Origin: Amoebidium appalachense
Lineage: Eukaryota > Protista > Ichthyosporea
Assembly (NCBI GenBank): GCA_963693365.1
Contig: CAVNZM010000008.1
Span: 6,210,830-6,274,829, forward strand
Direction: 5' to 3'
Length of the DNA: 64,000 nt
The notes beneath the pieces are model-generated. The model had not been told where the DNA came from. It did not search any database and worked only from the letters and a program-made list of their open reading frames with translations. Position numbers and translations under genes: made by a program. This document shows, in pieces, positions 1-53,819 of the stretch (position 1 is the first letter of the stretch; each line of letters opens with the position of its first letter).

Positions 1-1
1 T

Positions 2-1033
2 AAGCGGTTAGCTTTCTTCTCGGCTAATATTTTTAAAGACACACCCCTCCATCCTTCTATTAGACTTACATTTATTCGCACTTTTGTCTTCCCGGCATGT
101 GAATATGGTTTACCCCTTCTCGCCGCTTGGATCAAGAAAGAGAGAACTAGAGCGCTTAAACCCTTGGCAAATTTCCTTGAAGCAGAAGTTGCCTCCTTTC
201 TATCTAACAACTGTTGTAAACCTGGGCCTGTAACGCTCTCGATATATGGTCTGGTCCCAATAGCTGCTAGAGTATCCTATCTCGCGCTGAAATTCAATAA
301 GCACATAAGCCGCTTAAAGAAGTATTTGCCCTCCCACCCTCTCTTCTCTATCCGACCTGTCCCCTCCTCACCTCTCCCCTCTTTCCTCCCCTCTATCTCC
401 CCTTCTCCCCTGGGCACAAATACAAATAAACCCCGCAATAGTGTGTGTGTGACTTTGGACTGCCACTTACTTATTAAACATGTACACAATCACAAGATAA
501 TCACGCAATATAACAAATGGAAAAAGATACCACACGACACTAGACCCGATGAAAGCATACACCTTGAAAAACTAAGCCTTATGTCTCGTTTTATATATAC
601 TGACCGCCTCAACCATATTGCCAAATATGGCACTCGCAAGTGTATAACACCTAAATACATATTACCTTCCTGTAGAACTGGTCTTTCTCTAGCTGATGGT
701 ATTATTGATCAATTACCACGCTTTTACTGTACACGTGCTATACAGTGGAGATCTAATAAGTATAAGGTGGCATCATTTGCATGCCCAAACAACACACACA
801 CACACCAGTTTAACCGGTCATGTATCGCCAAATGTAGTTTGATAGACCACATAATACCGCAACACACACACGTCACATTCACAACAGACACCCAGAAAGA
901 TAGCCTACCTGTAAATTACAACATCCTTGATTTTATACTAAACATGCGTAACTACGACCTGTTTATTAGATGTATTGATTGGCTTGAGAAACACATCACT
1001 ACAAAATTATAGCGCACGCGCACACACACACAC

Positions 1034-1084
<51 letters not shown>

Positions 1085-1116
1085 CCAGCTGATACCGAGT
1101 GTCCCGAGGGGAGCCC

Positions 1117-1156
<40 letters not shown>
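2..1156 (+). mobile_element. 3' part of a non-LTR retrotransposon (LINE): ORF2 C-terminus (open 2-1012, 5'-partial at window edge), (CA)n-containing 3' UTR, A36 tail
   Basis: Frame +2 is open from the window start: ...IRLTFIRTFVFPACEYGLPLL (RT thumb-like xxFxRPxxEYG). It continues CRTGLSLADGIIDQLPRFYCTRAIQWRSNK...CPNNTHTHQFNRSCIAKC...YNILDFILN, resembling the Cys/His C-terminal region of fungal-type LINE ORF2s. Intronless and AT-rich, unlike host genes. Stop at 1010-1012, (CA)n ~1019-1083, short AGGGG-AG-CCCCT hairpin, poly(A) 1121-1156. Confidence 0.75.
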
Positions 1157-1157
<1 letters not shown>

Positions 1158-1720
1158 GGGGAACCCCAACTAATTGATTTCTCCTTGTAGTCTTTATGGT
1201 GTCTCGTAGAGAAAGTAAACCCTGATATATAGTCACCACCCGACATCTATGTACGTGATCATGATATACCGCTGAGGGGATATTCCGAGCAAAACCCCCC
1301 CCCCCCATACCTGAGACTGGTTCTCTTTGCCTCGAGTAAACAGCGTAAACCCTTCTCTATTACAAGACTTACAAGTTTTAACTACTTATTTTAAAGTAGC
1401 AATTATTAGTTAATGTTTTATCTGTGAATGCGTTTCGCCGGGCCAACCACGTAACCCTCCTTTTTTTTTGCCCGACTGAGGACGGTCACTTTCACTTTGT
1501 TCCCTCAAGTTGAAAGCACCCCCAAAAAACAGGAGAAAACGGTTACTTATAGCAGTAAGTTCTGACTCTCTTCGCCCGCTGAAAACGACTTGGTAAATTT
1601 TAAAGCGAGTTCTTTTCTTTTTTTTTTTCTTCATTCCTTTTTGCGCTCTCTTTTGTCCAGTCTCCCCCTTGAGCCTTGCGAGAGATCTTTTTCCACACAC
1701 GTCAACATCTCAGTGACAAC

Positions 1721-2405
1721 ATGGCAAGCGCAGAGTTCATCGGAGCCAAGCAGCTCTCAGAGTTGGAGGCCTTTGTGTCTCTCTGCCGCAACAACCCAAA
1801 CGTTCTGCACCACCCCGACCTCTCATTCTTCAAAGACTGGCTGGTGGAGATGGGAGCAGAGGTTCCAGAGCCAACCGAGCAGGTTTGTTGGCCGTGCAAT
1901 CACCTGTCCGTCTGATAGGTGGGCAAGATCGGCGCAATCACAAGACATGTTTTCTAACGCCAATTTCTTCCCTCCCAAAATATGCTTACATCTATAAACG
2001 CTTTAGTATCCTTCAAAAACGTGTTCATGATGAGGACTTGGCAATCTAGCTGGTTGTGGCGGTTACCGTAGATGCCATGCAAAGGATGCTGTCATGTTTA
2101 GATCTAAGATGCACCTAGGAACCATGGATTTAGCGGCTGTCACTTTTTTTCACGAATAGAACACGAACCAGCTTTAACAGGTGCCTACTTTCTTTTTCAA
2201 TCAGGACAAAAATAGACTCTGCAACCCCCCCTCCCCCCCCCCCCCCCCCCACCCCGCGGGGTGCCCTTGCCCCCTTGCCCTCCGGCCCTCCGGCCAGCCC
2301 CTTACGACGGAACCTGCACAGAATTATTCGGCTGACACAAGTGTTTCAGTAAATTATGGGTTTTTCGTTGTTTTCGATTCATTTTCCTCCATATTGCATA
2401 AATAC

Positions 2406-2440
<35 letters not shown>

Positions 2441-2739
2441 AGGGATGGGCACCTCTTTTGGTGCATCCAATTTATGTATGCTTTGCTCTCTGTTTTTTTT
2501 TGTCCGTTATGGTTGTTTTCTTCGTACTGTTGCACGTTCTATCCCCCCTCCCCCCCCCCCTTCTAGCTCCGGGACCCCCCCCCCCCCCCCCCCCCTCCCC
2601 CCGCCCCGCCTTTCCCTCCGCTTTCTTCCCCATGACACTCGTCACCAGCAGGAGTCTGCCGATGCTGCCTTTGAGGAGGGTGGAGGTGTCGAAGACGAAG
2701 TGATGGAGAGCGACTTTGAAGACAGGCTGGATATGACCG

Positions 2740-2778
<39 letters not shown>

Positions 2779-3756
2779 CACCCCGGCGCACGCACAAATG
2801 TCTACAGACGCCCATCTCCCTCACCCGGCCCACCCCTCCATTCCCTCACAAACACAAACATGCACACTATGAGTCGCTGTTTCTCTGATGTCTGCTCCAT
2901 ACCGTTCCTCTTCATCCATGGCCCCCCTCCCCCCCCCCCCCCCCCCTTATGGATCTGCTATCCGATTGTTGTCGCCAAGCCCCACAGCTTAAGTTTTGTT
3001 TTCTTTTCAACGGTATTGCGGTTGTATTGACCCGATGTCTGCTACCATTTAATCCCCCCCCCCCCCCCCCCCCCCAACCAACCAACCAACTGCCCCCCTC
3101 AACCCGGCCCCCCCTCTTCCACTCCCTCCCCACCCTATCCTACTTTGTAAAGAAAGGAAGCACAGGCACACGAACTTGGGCGCACACACACACCTACGTG
3201 CTCACATTATGACATATATAAACGTAATAAGCGCATCCACGTGCACACACACGTGCGTGTACGCACACGTACACACACACGTACACACACACGTACACAC
3301 ACACGTACACACACGTACACACACGCGTACACACGTACACACAGAGGTTGTGGAGCCAGACAACGATCCCCCCCAGGAGATGGGGGATGTCTCCATCGAG
3401 GTGACGGAGGAGATGATGGACAGGGCAGACGAGCTGAAGGCCAAGGTAGGCCCAGTGCCTAAAAATAGCATGTGGGGGCCGTTTTGTGCCTAAAATAGTA
3501 GCAAGGATTACCTTTATTTGTGCCTAAGATTAGCCTGCATCATCTTGATTTGTGCCTATAATAGTGTGGATTACCTTGTTCTATGCCTAATAGCATGCAG
3601 TACTCTGTTCTGTGCCTATAAATAGCATGCATTACCTTGATTTGTGCCTAAAAATAGCATGTATTATTTGGTTCTGTGCCAGTACTGTATGCCTAAAATG
3701 GTGGAATGCCGGACTCCATGAGTTTAAGGTCACAAGCCCGTCTCCCCTCCTCCTCT

Positions 3757-3787
<31 letters not shown>

Positions 3788-3870
3788 TTCCCCCTCCCCT
3801 TTAGGTGATATTTGAACGCATTATTGTTGTTTTTTTTGTTCTTTTCTTTTCTTTTTTGCATTTAAATTTT

Positions 3871-3922
<52 letters not shown>

Positions 3923-4174
3923 CCTATTGCTGTTGAAACAAAGTATCGGTTGGGAACCACGCACGAGAGGTTAAAGAGTCGAAACCCATGCTTTTGTGGA
4001 GGCATAGGAACACTGACGAATGGCTCTGTTCAAGTGTCTTCTGCCTGCACGCTTAATTGTTTGATTTTGGAATTCCCACGTTTGTGACGTTTCCTTGTTG
4101 CTCTTTGTCTCCTTCATATTTCCAACCCTCTAACACATACATCACCCCCCCCCCCCCCCCAAAAACTCCCCCCC

Positions 4175-4220
<46 letters not shown>

Positions 4221-4511
4221 AAAAAAAAAAACACAAAAAAACAAAAAAAAACACACCAGACATGTGTCTGACCTTTGAGTGGTTGCAGGGTCGTGAGGCG
4301 CTTACTGGGGGAAACTACGAGGAGGCGCAATCTCTGTTCACTGAGGCCATCAAACTGAACCCAAATACGGCAATCCCATTTGCTAACAGGGCAGCTGCTT
4401 TCATCAAGGTGGGTGTGTGGGTGTGTGGGTGTGATTGTGTGTGTGTGTGTGTGTTGGGGGCGGGGGGAGGGGGGGGAGGGGGGGGGGATGGAGGGATATG
4501 TGTGTGTGTGT

Positions 4512-4545
<34 letters not shown>

Positions 4546-4853
4546 CGGGGGCGTGTGTGCATGTGTGCGCGCGCGTGTGTGCATGCGTGTGCGTGTTAGT
4601 GTGTGGGTGTTTGTGTGTGGGTGGTTGAGTGGGTGTGTGTGTGCGCATGCGTGGGTATGTGTGTGTGTGTGTGCGCGCGCGCGCGTGTGCATGTGTGCAT
4701 GTGGTTCCTTTGGATGTGTGCTTGTGTTTCATTTTCATGTCTGCAAGTGTGTGTTTGTGTTCTTCTTTTGTACCTCCCCACCTGCCTGCCTGCTAGCCTG
4801 CGAATTAGCTGTTCTTTTTAGACCCCCCCCTCCCCCCCTCCCCCTATTTTTTG

Positions 4854-4896
<43 letters not shown>

Positions 4897-5461
4897 GGGG
4901 ATTGGGGGGATATATTACTTTTTTCCCCTGGTTTCTATGTGGGAGTTGCAAGAAGAAGTTTCCTGCCGGAGGGAGAAGGGGGGGTTGTATGGGGGGAGAA
5001 GGTGTCCAAAAACTTTGATAAGTGAACTAGCTCTCCGTCACACCCACGCTCAAACAGATGAAGAAACCAAATGCGGCCATTCGAGACTGCAACGTAGCCA
5101 TTCAGCATAACCCAGACTCGGCAAAACCATACAAGTGGGTGCCTTGTATTGTAATTGTCCTCTATGAGTATATGGTTTATAAACTTGGATTTTTTTATAT
5201 GTTTTCGTTTTATTCATTTTTGATCTTTTAATTCTTTTATTATTATTTTTATATTTGGCATTTATCGGCTGTATTCAGGCTTGGCTTGTAAACCGAAGTT
5301 CTATTCCCGTTGGCCTTCCCTTATCCCATTATCCCATTTGAGTGACACATCCAATTCCTCTCTTTCCGTCCCCCCCCCCCCCCCTCCCCCCCCTCCCCTC
5401 CTCCTCCTCCCCTTCCGTCTTCTTCTTCTTCTTTTTTGTTTTTCCGGGAGGAGGGAGGGAA

Positions 5462-5492
<31 letters not shown>

Positions 5493-6178
5493 GGGGGGAA
5501 TGAAAATGAAAAGAAAGAGAGGGAGAGAGAGAGAAAGACACGATAAATGTGCAATACCGCCTACATACACATACAAATCCGAGACCACGCCCACATACAC
5601 AAACACACACATCGGCATCCCCCCCCCCCCCCCCCCCCCCTCCCCCCTCCCCCCCCCCCCCCCCCCCCCTTCCCCCCCCTTGCATCAGTCACATTATCTG
5701 TCATTCCACCTATCATACACACTCCACATTGAAACCCCGTTCATTTCTCCCACCTCATTTCCATCATTTCTGTCTTCCCTCCATCCATACACACAGGTAC
5801 TGAAACCCCATTTCTTCCTCCCACCCTATTCTCATCTTCCCAACATCCAATCACACAGATTTTATAACCCCATTCATATCTCCACCTCATTTCTATCATT
5901 TCCATCTTCCCTCCATCCAATCACACAAGTACCGAAGTCCCATTCATTTCTCCACCTCACTTCTGCCATCCCTCCATCCAATCACCGTTCATTTCTCCAC
6001 CTCACTTCCATCCTCTCTCGATGCAATCACACAGGTACCGAGGCAGGGCCTACTCCATGCTGGGCCTGTGGATTGAGGCCAAGCAGGACCTGATTCTTTG
6101 TTGTCGTCTTGACTACGACGAGGAGGCTAATGATTGGCTGCACCAGGTCGTGGCAAATGCACGCGTGGTCGAGGTATT

Positions 6179-6218
<40 letters not shown>

Positions 6219-6253
6219 CTCTCTTTTCTTTCTGCCTCTCCCTCTTCCATTCA

Positions 6254-6339
<86 letters not shown>

Positions 6340-7180
6340 CACATCTCCCTCTCTCTCCCCACCATCCCCCTGCCACGCCGGCCGTCCGTCTCCCATGCTC
6401 ACCCACCCACCCACCCACCCACTGTTGTTTTGTACGGGTCTAAGGGAGCAGAGTGCACAGAGGTGTCATGTAAAACACGACTAACACATTAATGAGAGGG
6501 CAATCGGAGTTGTTCACGAGACATTGAAAGATTTCAAACAACAACTGATTCTTTATTGTGCTCTCGGTTCCTTTTGTACTTGCGACTTATCACCTTATCA
6601 CAACTAAAGAGGGAGAACCAATCGGTTCTATCAGAAGATAGAAAAACACATTCCGACAGAGCATACACATTCCAACTTTCGATTAAACTAAAGTTTAGAA
6701 ACTCTTACTTAAATAAATTAAGTATTTATACATCTAGCCACTATTAACTCACATATATATTTATGTTCGTCTCTATAAAGAAACTTATTTAAATACATAT
6801 ATTTCCTAATAGTCGACACTCTCAAAGTGAAGACACTTTGCAATAAACCGAATTCCATATATATCTATTGTCCAATCACAACACACATATATTAATAGAC
6901 TGGAATGCACAACACAATCTACAGATGTACTCGCTCGCGACTATTGGCGAGCCATCCTTTTGAGAACAAAACTAAGCCATTTTGAAATAAAGGAAAGACA
7001 ACGAGTGAGGCTAGCCAATCACGCTACCTCTCAGATAAACAGAGGAGAGCAAACAGAAATAAAAACACAATAAGTTCTTATCAGGCAAGGGAGCCAGGTG
7101 TGCACAGATCTACAGATATCTGTGCTCACAGAAACAAGGGAGAGAGAGATACGGGGGGGGGGGGGGGGGGGGGGGGGGGG

Positions 7181-7261
<81 letters not shown>

Positions 7262-7356
7262 CACAAAGAAGGAAAGCAGACACGAATACAAACAAGCTAG
7301 GACACATACATACTTCAAGGCTCTTGCTGTCATACATGGTGACGTATTCCAACACC

Positions 7357-7398
<42 letters not shown>

Positions 7399-8142
7399 AC
7401 ACACACACTCTTTCAATTTGTGTTTGCCAGTGGTGATAGTATGCCTGCATGGATGGGTGCCGTGTGTGTAGGGAGAGGGGCCGGGGGGGGGGGAGGGGGG
7501 GAGGGAGGGGGAGGGGGAGGGGGAGGGGGGACGTTAACGACGAACTGTAGAAGTGCAGGACAATGCCTGATCCCATGGCCGACTACTTCTCTCCCCCCCC
7601 CTCCCCTCCCCCTCCCCCCTCCCCCACCCACCCACCCACCCACCCACACACACACACACAGGAGCACAAGCGCAAGTATCAGCGGCTGAGGGAGGAACGT
7701 GCCGAACAGAAGGTATGTGTGCACGCCTGTTTTCCTGTTATAAAGAAAACAATAAAAAGATTAGGAATATATTTACTCCGAAACGAACATAACATAGCAT
7801 CACTGTCAGAATGACGTGACTTCGTGGTATGCCGTCATAGACCTTAACTCCTTCGACTTCAGGATAATGTGTTCATAAGCATTCCTACCATAGCCTGTTT
7901 TCATGTCGATTATGAAATGATTGGCTTGCAATTACGTATTTCCCATTCTCGGTAAATCCGACCTGGGTATGGCGATGATCGGGCACTACCCACATACCGA
8001 TCCGTTCTTTCGAACCCATGTCTCTTACATTCATTCAGATTTCTGACATTAAAAATTAGAAAGCCGCACGGAATGAATTGCTCCAATACAACACAAAGTT
8101 GCCTCTTTTTATTAGATTGCAGAGACTCAAGTTACCAGGAAC

Positions 8143-8186
<44 letters not shown>

Positions 8187-8361
8187 AAAAAAAAAAAATA
8201 AGAAAAAGAACCCCCCCCCCCCCCCCCAACCCCCCTCCCCCCTCCCCCCCCCCCCCTTTTTTTTCCCCCCTTTTCCCCAGCGCAAGTCTGCAAGCAAGGC
8301 CAAGGCCAAACGCCAGGCAGGGAGTGGATGTGGAAGCACCGGGTGTGGGGGTTGCCACTGA
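1721..8361 (+). CDS. ST13: Hsc70-interacting protein (Hip/ST13) homologue, ~272 aa, 8 exons, lacking GGMP/STI1 C-terminus
   Basis: Exons 1721-1882, 2652-2739 (or 2649), 3345-3445, 4289-4408, 5058-5134, 6035-6173, 7662-7712, 8281-8361; all GT-AG and phase-consistent. HipN dimerisation domain ([38 protein letters not shown]), linker [14 protein letters not shown]...EVTEEMMD, three TPRs ([50 protein letters not shown]), charged region [13 protein letters not shown]. Last exon [26 protein letters not shown] is less certain than the rest. Confidence 0.92.
3450..3700. repeat. Degenerate ~29-30 bp minisatellite starting at the Hip intron 3 donor
   Basis: About 8 decaying units of tgtgcctaaaaatagcatgcattaccttgatt-like sequence. 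Confidence 0.8.
5725..6040 (+). repeat. Degenerate tandem repeat resembling the Hip exon 6 acceptor region
   Basis: Recurring ccctccatccaatcacacaRgtacYga / cattcatttctccacctca; the last unit is the functional ...atcacacag|gtaccga junction at 6034/6035. Confidence 0.7.
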
Positions 8362-9020
8362 GAAGAAAGGGAGGGGTGGGATTTTTTATTTCCTGTTTCC
8401 TTTTTTTTTTTTTCTTCTTTTTTTTCTTCCTCAAATTCTCTCTCTTTTTTGGTGAACATCGATACATCACTTGCCCTTACGAACAGATGAGATAGCACAT
8501 TTATCATTGTAAATAGAATAGATAAGCAAACATCTGAAACATCACTGCAACTATATCGCATATACCTCTGTTATTTCTTCTTTTATTTATTTATCGTTAT
8601 TTAAAGATTTCAGTCCCACAGGCGAAGCTGTACATGTGAGATAAGGAGCGGCACATCATGTGAGTGAGTGAGTGTGGGTTTATATATATGCCCTCGCCGG
8701 AAAGCCGAAAAATATATATAGTTGCTATCTGATATGATACTGAATAGAACGTAGAGGATAAGAATTTTTAAAACAATTATTGCAGCCCTCCTGGGAAGTA
8801 CTAGTGTCTGCTCTGACACAACCATCTTCGTATGTACATTAATTGGCCTTCATTCGTGATACTTATTCAACTCAAAACCATCTATCTGTATAATGTATAC
8901 ATTAAGTAATTGCGTTCATATACTCCAGTATTCCACGTTTTTACGCTAAAATTTCTCATTACTCATACACATACTTATCCTACGTTTTTATTTACGTTCT
9001 ATAAACCATTTGCCAATCAT

Positions 9021-11592
<2,572 letters not shown>

Positions 11593-12196
11593 GGCAGGGC
11601 GTTATATGAGGCCGAGGTGAATTGAGGCGTGCGTCGTGATCGGATCCACGATCCACATGTGCCGTGCACCGATTTGAAGTTCCGTGGCACCTCTAATAAC
11701 ATAGTGCGGGCAAAAAAGCAAATAGAAAAAAATAGATCTGGCAGGGTGCGTGTATGTGTACATGTGAGTGCGTCAGCGGTGTGTGTCCTTTCAGTGTGCG
11801 AAAAAGAAACATCCCCCCCCCCCCCCCCCCCAACAGAGTCTCCGCGCCCACTGTGACCACCACCACCACACCACACCCACACGTACCAACCCCCCTATCC
11901 TCTCCCCGCTCTTTGCGCATGCATGCCTCGATCATATGAAGTACCGCTCGCTCTCCCTCTTGTGATCGGCCGCGGGCCCCCTGCAGGCTGAGCCCCCTGC
12001 CCTGCCCCCCCCCCCCACAAATGGATGCATCCGGCCGCGGGAGGCTTCCCCGTATTACACGTCCCCCCCCCCCCCCCGGCCCAAAAAAAAAAATGGTCCA
12101 GAAAGGCCCTCACGGCGAGCCCCCCTTCGAGCACTTTATCACTTCCCTTAGTGGGCTGACAATCTCAGCATAGATGCCACCATGGTATCTCCCTGG

Positions 12197-12248
<52 letters not shown>

Positions 12249-12410
12249 AGAAAAGAAAAAAGAATTGAACACATGTACCGTGGCACACACACCACCACGT
12301 ATGTACACACACATGATCAGCCACGACGTGCACAACCACCACCCACATTACCGTACACAAGCTTACTACGCTCACGGCTTAACTCGACTCGAAAGAATAG
12401 CAGTACCGCT

Positions 12411-12445
<35 letters not shown>

Positions 12446-13010
12446 CCCCCCCCACCCCCACCCCCCCACCTTCTACACCATGCAAACTGTTATGTCCAAT
12501 CTCCCAAGTGTTTGTTTTCATCTTTGTACAAATGATAACAGCATGTGTTGGAGTGCGCACTTGTGGTTGTGGCTATCGATACCAACCCTTTTCTGGGAAT
12601 CTGTTAGCACACAATACATATTAATACATACATGCATAGACATACATTCGCTCATAAAATTCTAGAAAAATAAACCTACTGGGGTCTCAGGGCCACCGCA
12701 CTGCAAATATGTACAGGAATGGGGCTTAGGACATGCAAATCAAATACCTTCATACACAAACTTTAAATCTAAATTACAGATTTGATGATTTTTGCGTGTG
12801 CAAAACACGTGGAAAAGCTTAATGCCTATATTAGTGTTAGATCCTCCCCCCCCCCCCCCCCATCCCCCCCCTTCCCCCTCCCTCCCCCCCCCCCCCCCCC
12901 ACCCCTTTCCCCCCCCCCCAAAAAAAAAAAAAAAAAAAAAAGAATGCAGAAAGGGACTACAAGCAATTGAGTGTCTATGAAGAAGAGAGGGAGAGGGATA
13001 ATGATAGGTG

Positions 13011-27112
<14,102 letters not shown>

Positions 27113-27725
27113 CCTTACTGTGACACGTGTGCCCCATGTGTCAACCTAAGCAACAGAACATGCCTTCGAGGCACTACAATTGTGTGTGGAGGATCTCAAG
27201 GTTGTATTGACTAGTTCCCTTTACTCTCTTTGTCCATTTTGCTTACAGACCCAGGGATGGTCCAAGCATATACTTCGTGCGGCATCTGCACGTGTGAGAT
27301 CACTAGTTAGGCTGGGGTGTGCATGGGGTGTGCACTAGTTAGGCTGGGGTGTGCATGGGGTGTGCATGACAGACACGAGGTAAGGAAAGCCGCACTGAAA
27401 CGTACACTTCTGTCCCTAGGTGCAGAAGACAGAGAATATCGAACCCTGGTGTTTTGATGCGATCATAGCCAATAGGTAACAGCTAAGCCCATCGTCCAGG
27501 CAGGGCTGGAATCGTGAGGCACGCCACACACACCTGCATCAGCTCGCACAATCGCATGCGCATGCAAGCTACGTTACTTGGCCACTCCCGCAGTCAACAC
27601 CATGTAACGGCGAAACCTCACCACTCTCATCTCCGTCTCTCACCGTTGAACATAATATCTTGTCAATTTTTTAATGTATCATGCCAAGAAACCCCTCTCA
27701 ACATCGTAGGAGAACATAAGACGCC
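27113..27725. promoter_or_regulatory. Probable bidirectional promoter / 5' UTR region between divergent SMYD4 and tilS
   Basis: Start codons 27112(-) and 27726(+) are 613 bp apart, head-to-head. The region lacks long homopolymers, contains a 32-bp direct duplication (27301-27364), and has short intron-like segments on + (27201-27248, 27380-27419). Confidence 0.55.
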
Positions 27726-36972
<9,247 letters not shown>

Positions 36973-37512
36973 ATATACGGTGCTTGGTGTGCTTGGATAT
37001 CTTGCTAACGTTAATGTTATGGTACGGAAAACGTCTGGATTATACCGGATTCTGATGGTGAGGGTACGTATGGCCCCAGCTTACCTGCTTCATTTTCAAA
37101 TGGTCGAGTAGTTTCTTATGTATTTTGGATCTCCCCTTACGGGATATGTATCTGTTATATCTAGCCTCCCCATACCTTAGCATTTGAGCATTCTGCAAAG
37201 CATTAATAAAAGATTATTTTCCACCCCTGACCCTTGTTGGGTGGAAGTTTAGCTGGCCTGGTGCCGGCATGTGATCAAATCCTCTTTGGACGTGTAAACA
37301 GTACATAATGTATATCCCCCCCTCCCCCCCCCCCCCCTCCCCCTCCCCCGCGCGAAAGGATGAGCTCTAGTTATAATGCATCACGACTCTTTGTGTGTGC
37401 TTTGCAGCCCTCGTTGTGTTTTCCGTCCTTAATGCGCACTTTGGATGTATTGATTACTCCTCTCATACGTATTAATTGGTACCCCCTCCCCCTCCCCCTC
37501 CCTATGTACATA

Positions 37513-37544
<32 letters not shown>

Positions 37545-38472
37545 CCTTCCTTCTCCACTCCCCTTGGCCCGCTGCCCAGCTGTATCGGTGGCAAGGGGCT
37601 TTCAAAAAAAGAGAGAATGAGAGATGAATGTGAGGCCCATGATTGGTTGTGTTGTGGTTTGGCCATGGACATGTTCCAAATATTTGCAGGAAGCAGCATG
37701 TGTTTATAGTACAGTATAGAAAGCAACTGCGCAAACATTTTACTGCAAAACTATGTATAAACCTGTCGGGACATGTGCGGTATACCGCGCACATCATGAT
37801 CAAGGGGATCCTATATGATTAAGGGGACATAAGGAGTATAATTATTTTTCATTTACTGGTATTAATAAGCGCGCAGGATGTAACACTTGTGCGGCATGCA
37901 CAACTCACTTCCTGCAAAATATATTAATTGTATGCGGAGGAGGGCTGAACAATTCATGATCACAAGCAGCCACGACGTCGACGTCGACAGACATCATTGA
38001 ATCGGCAGATTTTGCAAAGCACACACCCATGGCCACGCAAAAAAAGAGTATGCATATGTGCAGTATGCAAGACGCATCGTACACATGCGGCCTGAGGGAT
38101 TGAGGGTAAGAGGGAGGGTGGGAGGGTGGAGGGGGAGGTGTTGTGTGTGTGTTGGGGGGGGGGGGGGGGGGGGGGGGGGGGAACAAAATTATCAGTGCTG
38201 CCATAGTATTCCTGTGTCAGTGCATGTGCAAAACAATTCCTATGACGCGGGAGAGACATGTGCCTAGCATGAAGAGAATCGTCAACCAACCCGAATGTCT
38301 TTTTAACTTCGTTTTCTGCAATAATATTTATGCAATGTCGACAGCAGTCATGTTTTCTTAAAGAAATTGGCTTTTCACGGTCCATACGCCAGCGTGTTTA
38401 TCCGATAAATATAACTTTTGGACCATTACTTCTTGATCTGATTCGTGCACTTGTCTAGACATACAGTTAGTC

Positions 38473-38503
<31 letters not shown>

Positions 38504-38596
38504 ACACACACACACAAAGCCATACACATGCGCACGCACGGACACGTACACATGCATGCGTGTGCGCACACGCATGCACGCACACGCACACGTACA

Positions 38597-38639
<43 letters not shown>

Positions 38640-38712
38640 CGTACTAGAATCATACACAACACACACTCAAACACACACACACACAGACACACACACACAT
38701 ACACACACACAC

Positions 38713-38765
<53 letters not shown>

Positions 38766-39259
38766 TCGAATTTTTCCTATATTCCTTAGTTGTGCTCTCA
38801 TGAATGTGTTTATTAAAGCGCCATCCTGTGACGCGTATGCAAGCCTTGTTTCCCTGCACCATCATATGTCCTACGTAGATACTATTGTTCTAACAATGAT
38901 TAATTCATAATCACACCGAGTCCTACATGCAAAAAGTTTCATGATAATACCCCCCCCCCCCCCCCCCCCCCCCCTTTTTTTTTTTTTCTCTCTCTCTCTC
39001 CCTCTCCTCCTCTTCCTTTTCGAAAGTGCGATAATCCCCATAAAAAGAACGGAAGAAGGGGAAAAAAAGAGTGGGAGAAAGAGTGGGAAGTAATCAACAA
39101 CCAACCACGATAAACTTCGGCAATCATCCGGTGTGTACCATAATAACAACCGAACATGAGGGGAAACTTTCACAAAGTCCATATTTAGAACAACGGTGAG
39201 ACGCGTTGAAAAAAAGGCACTAAGAAAAACGCGTAGCATAATTATGATGTTTCTATAGC

Positions 39260-53819
<14,560 letters not shown>

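Noticed and set aside
8359-8361. Hip TGA as selenocysteine after CGGCH
   Set aside because: Readthrough enters a T-rich low-complexity tract and I see no SECIS-like element; a SECIS search would be needed to reopen this.
11940-12200. GC-rich island with repeated cggccgcggg
   Set aside because: No convincing ORF, tRNA fold or second copy; may simply be the promoter/5' UTR of the orphan gene.
37400-39250. Additional gene between the tilS and PLC 3' ends (e.g. ORF 37960-38385)
   Set aside because: Scattered splice-like motifs but no phase-consistent model or recognisable domain.
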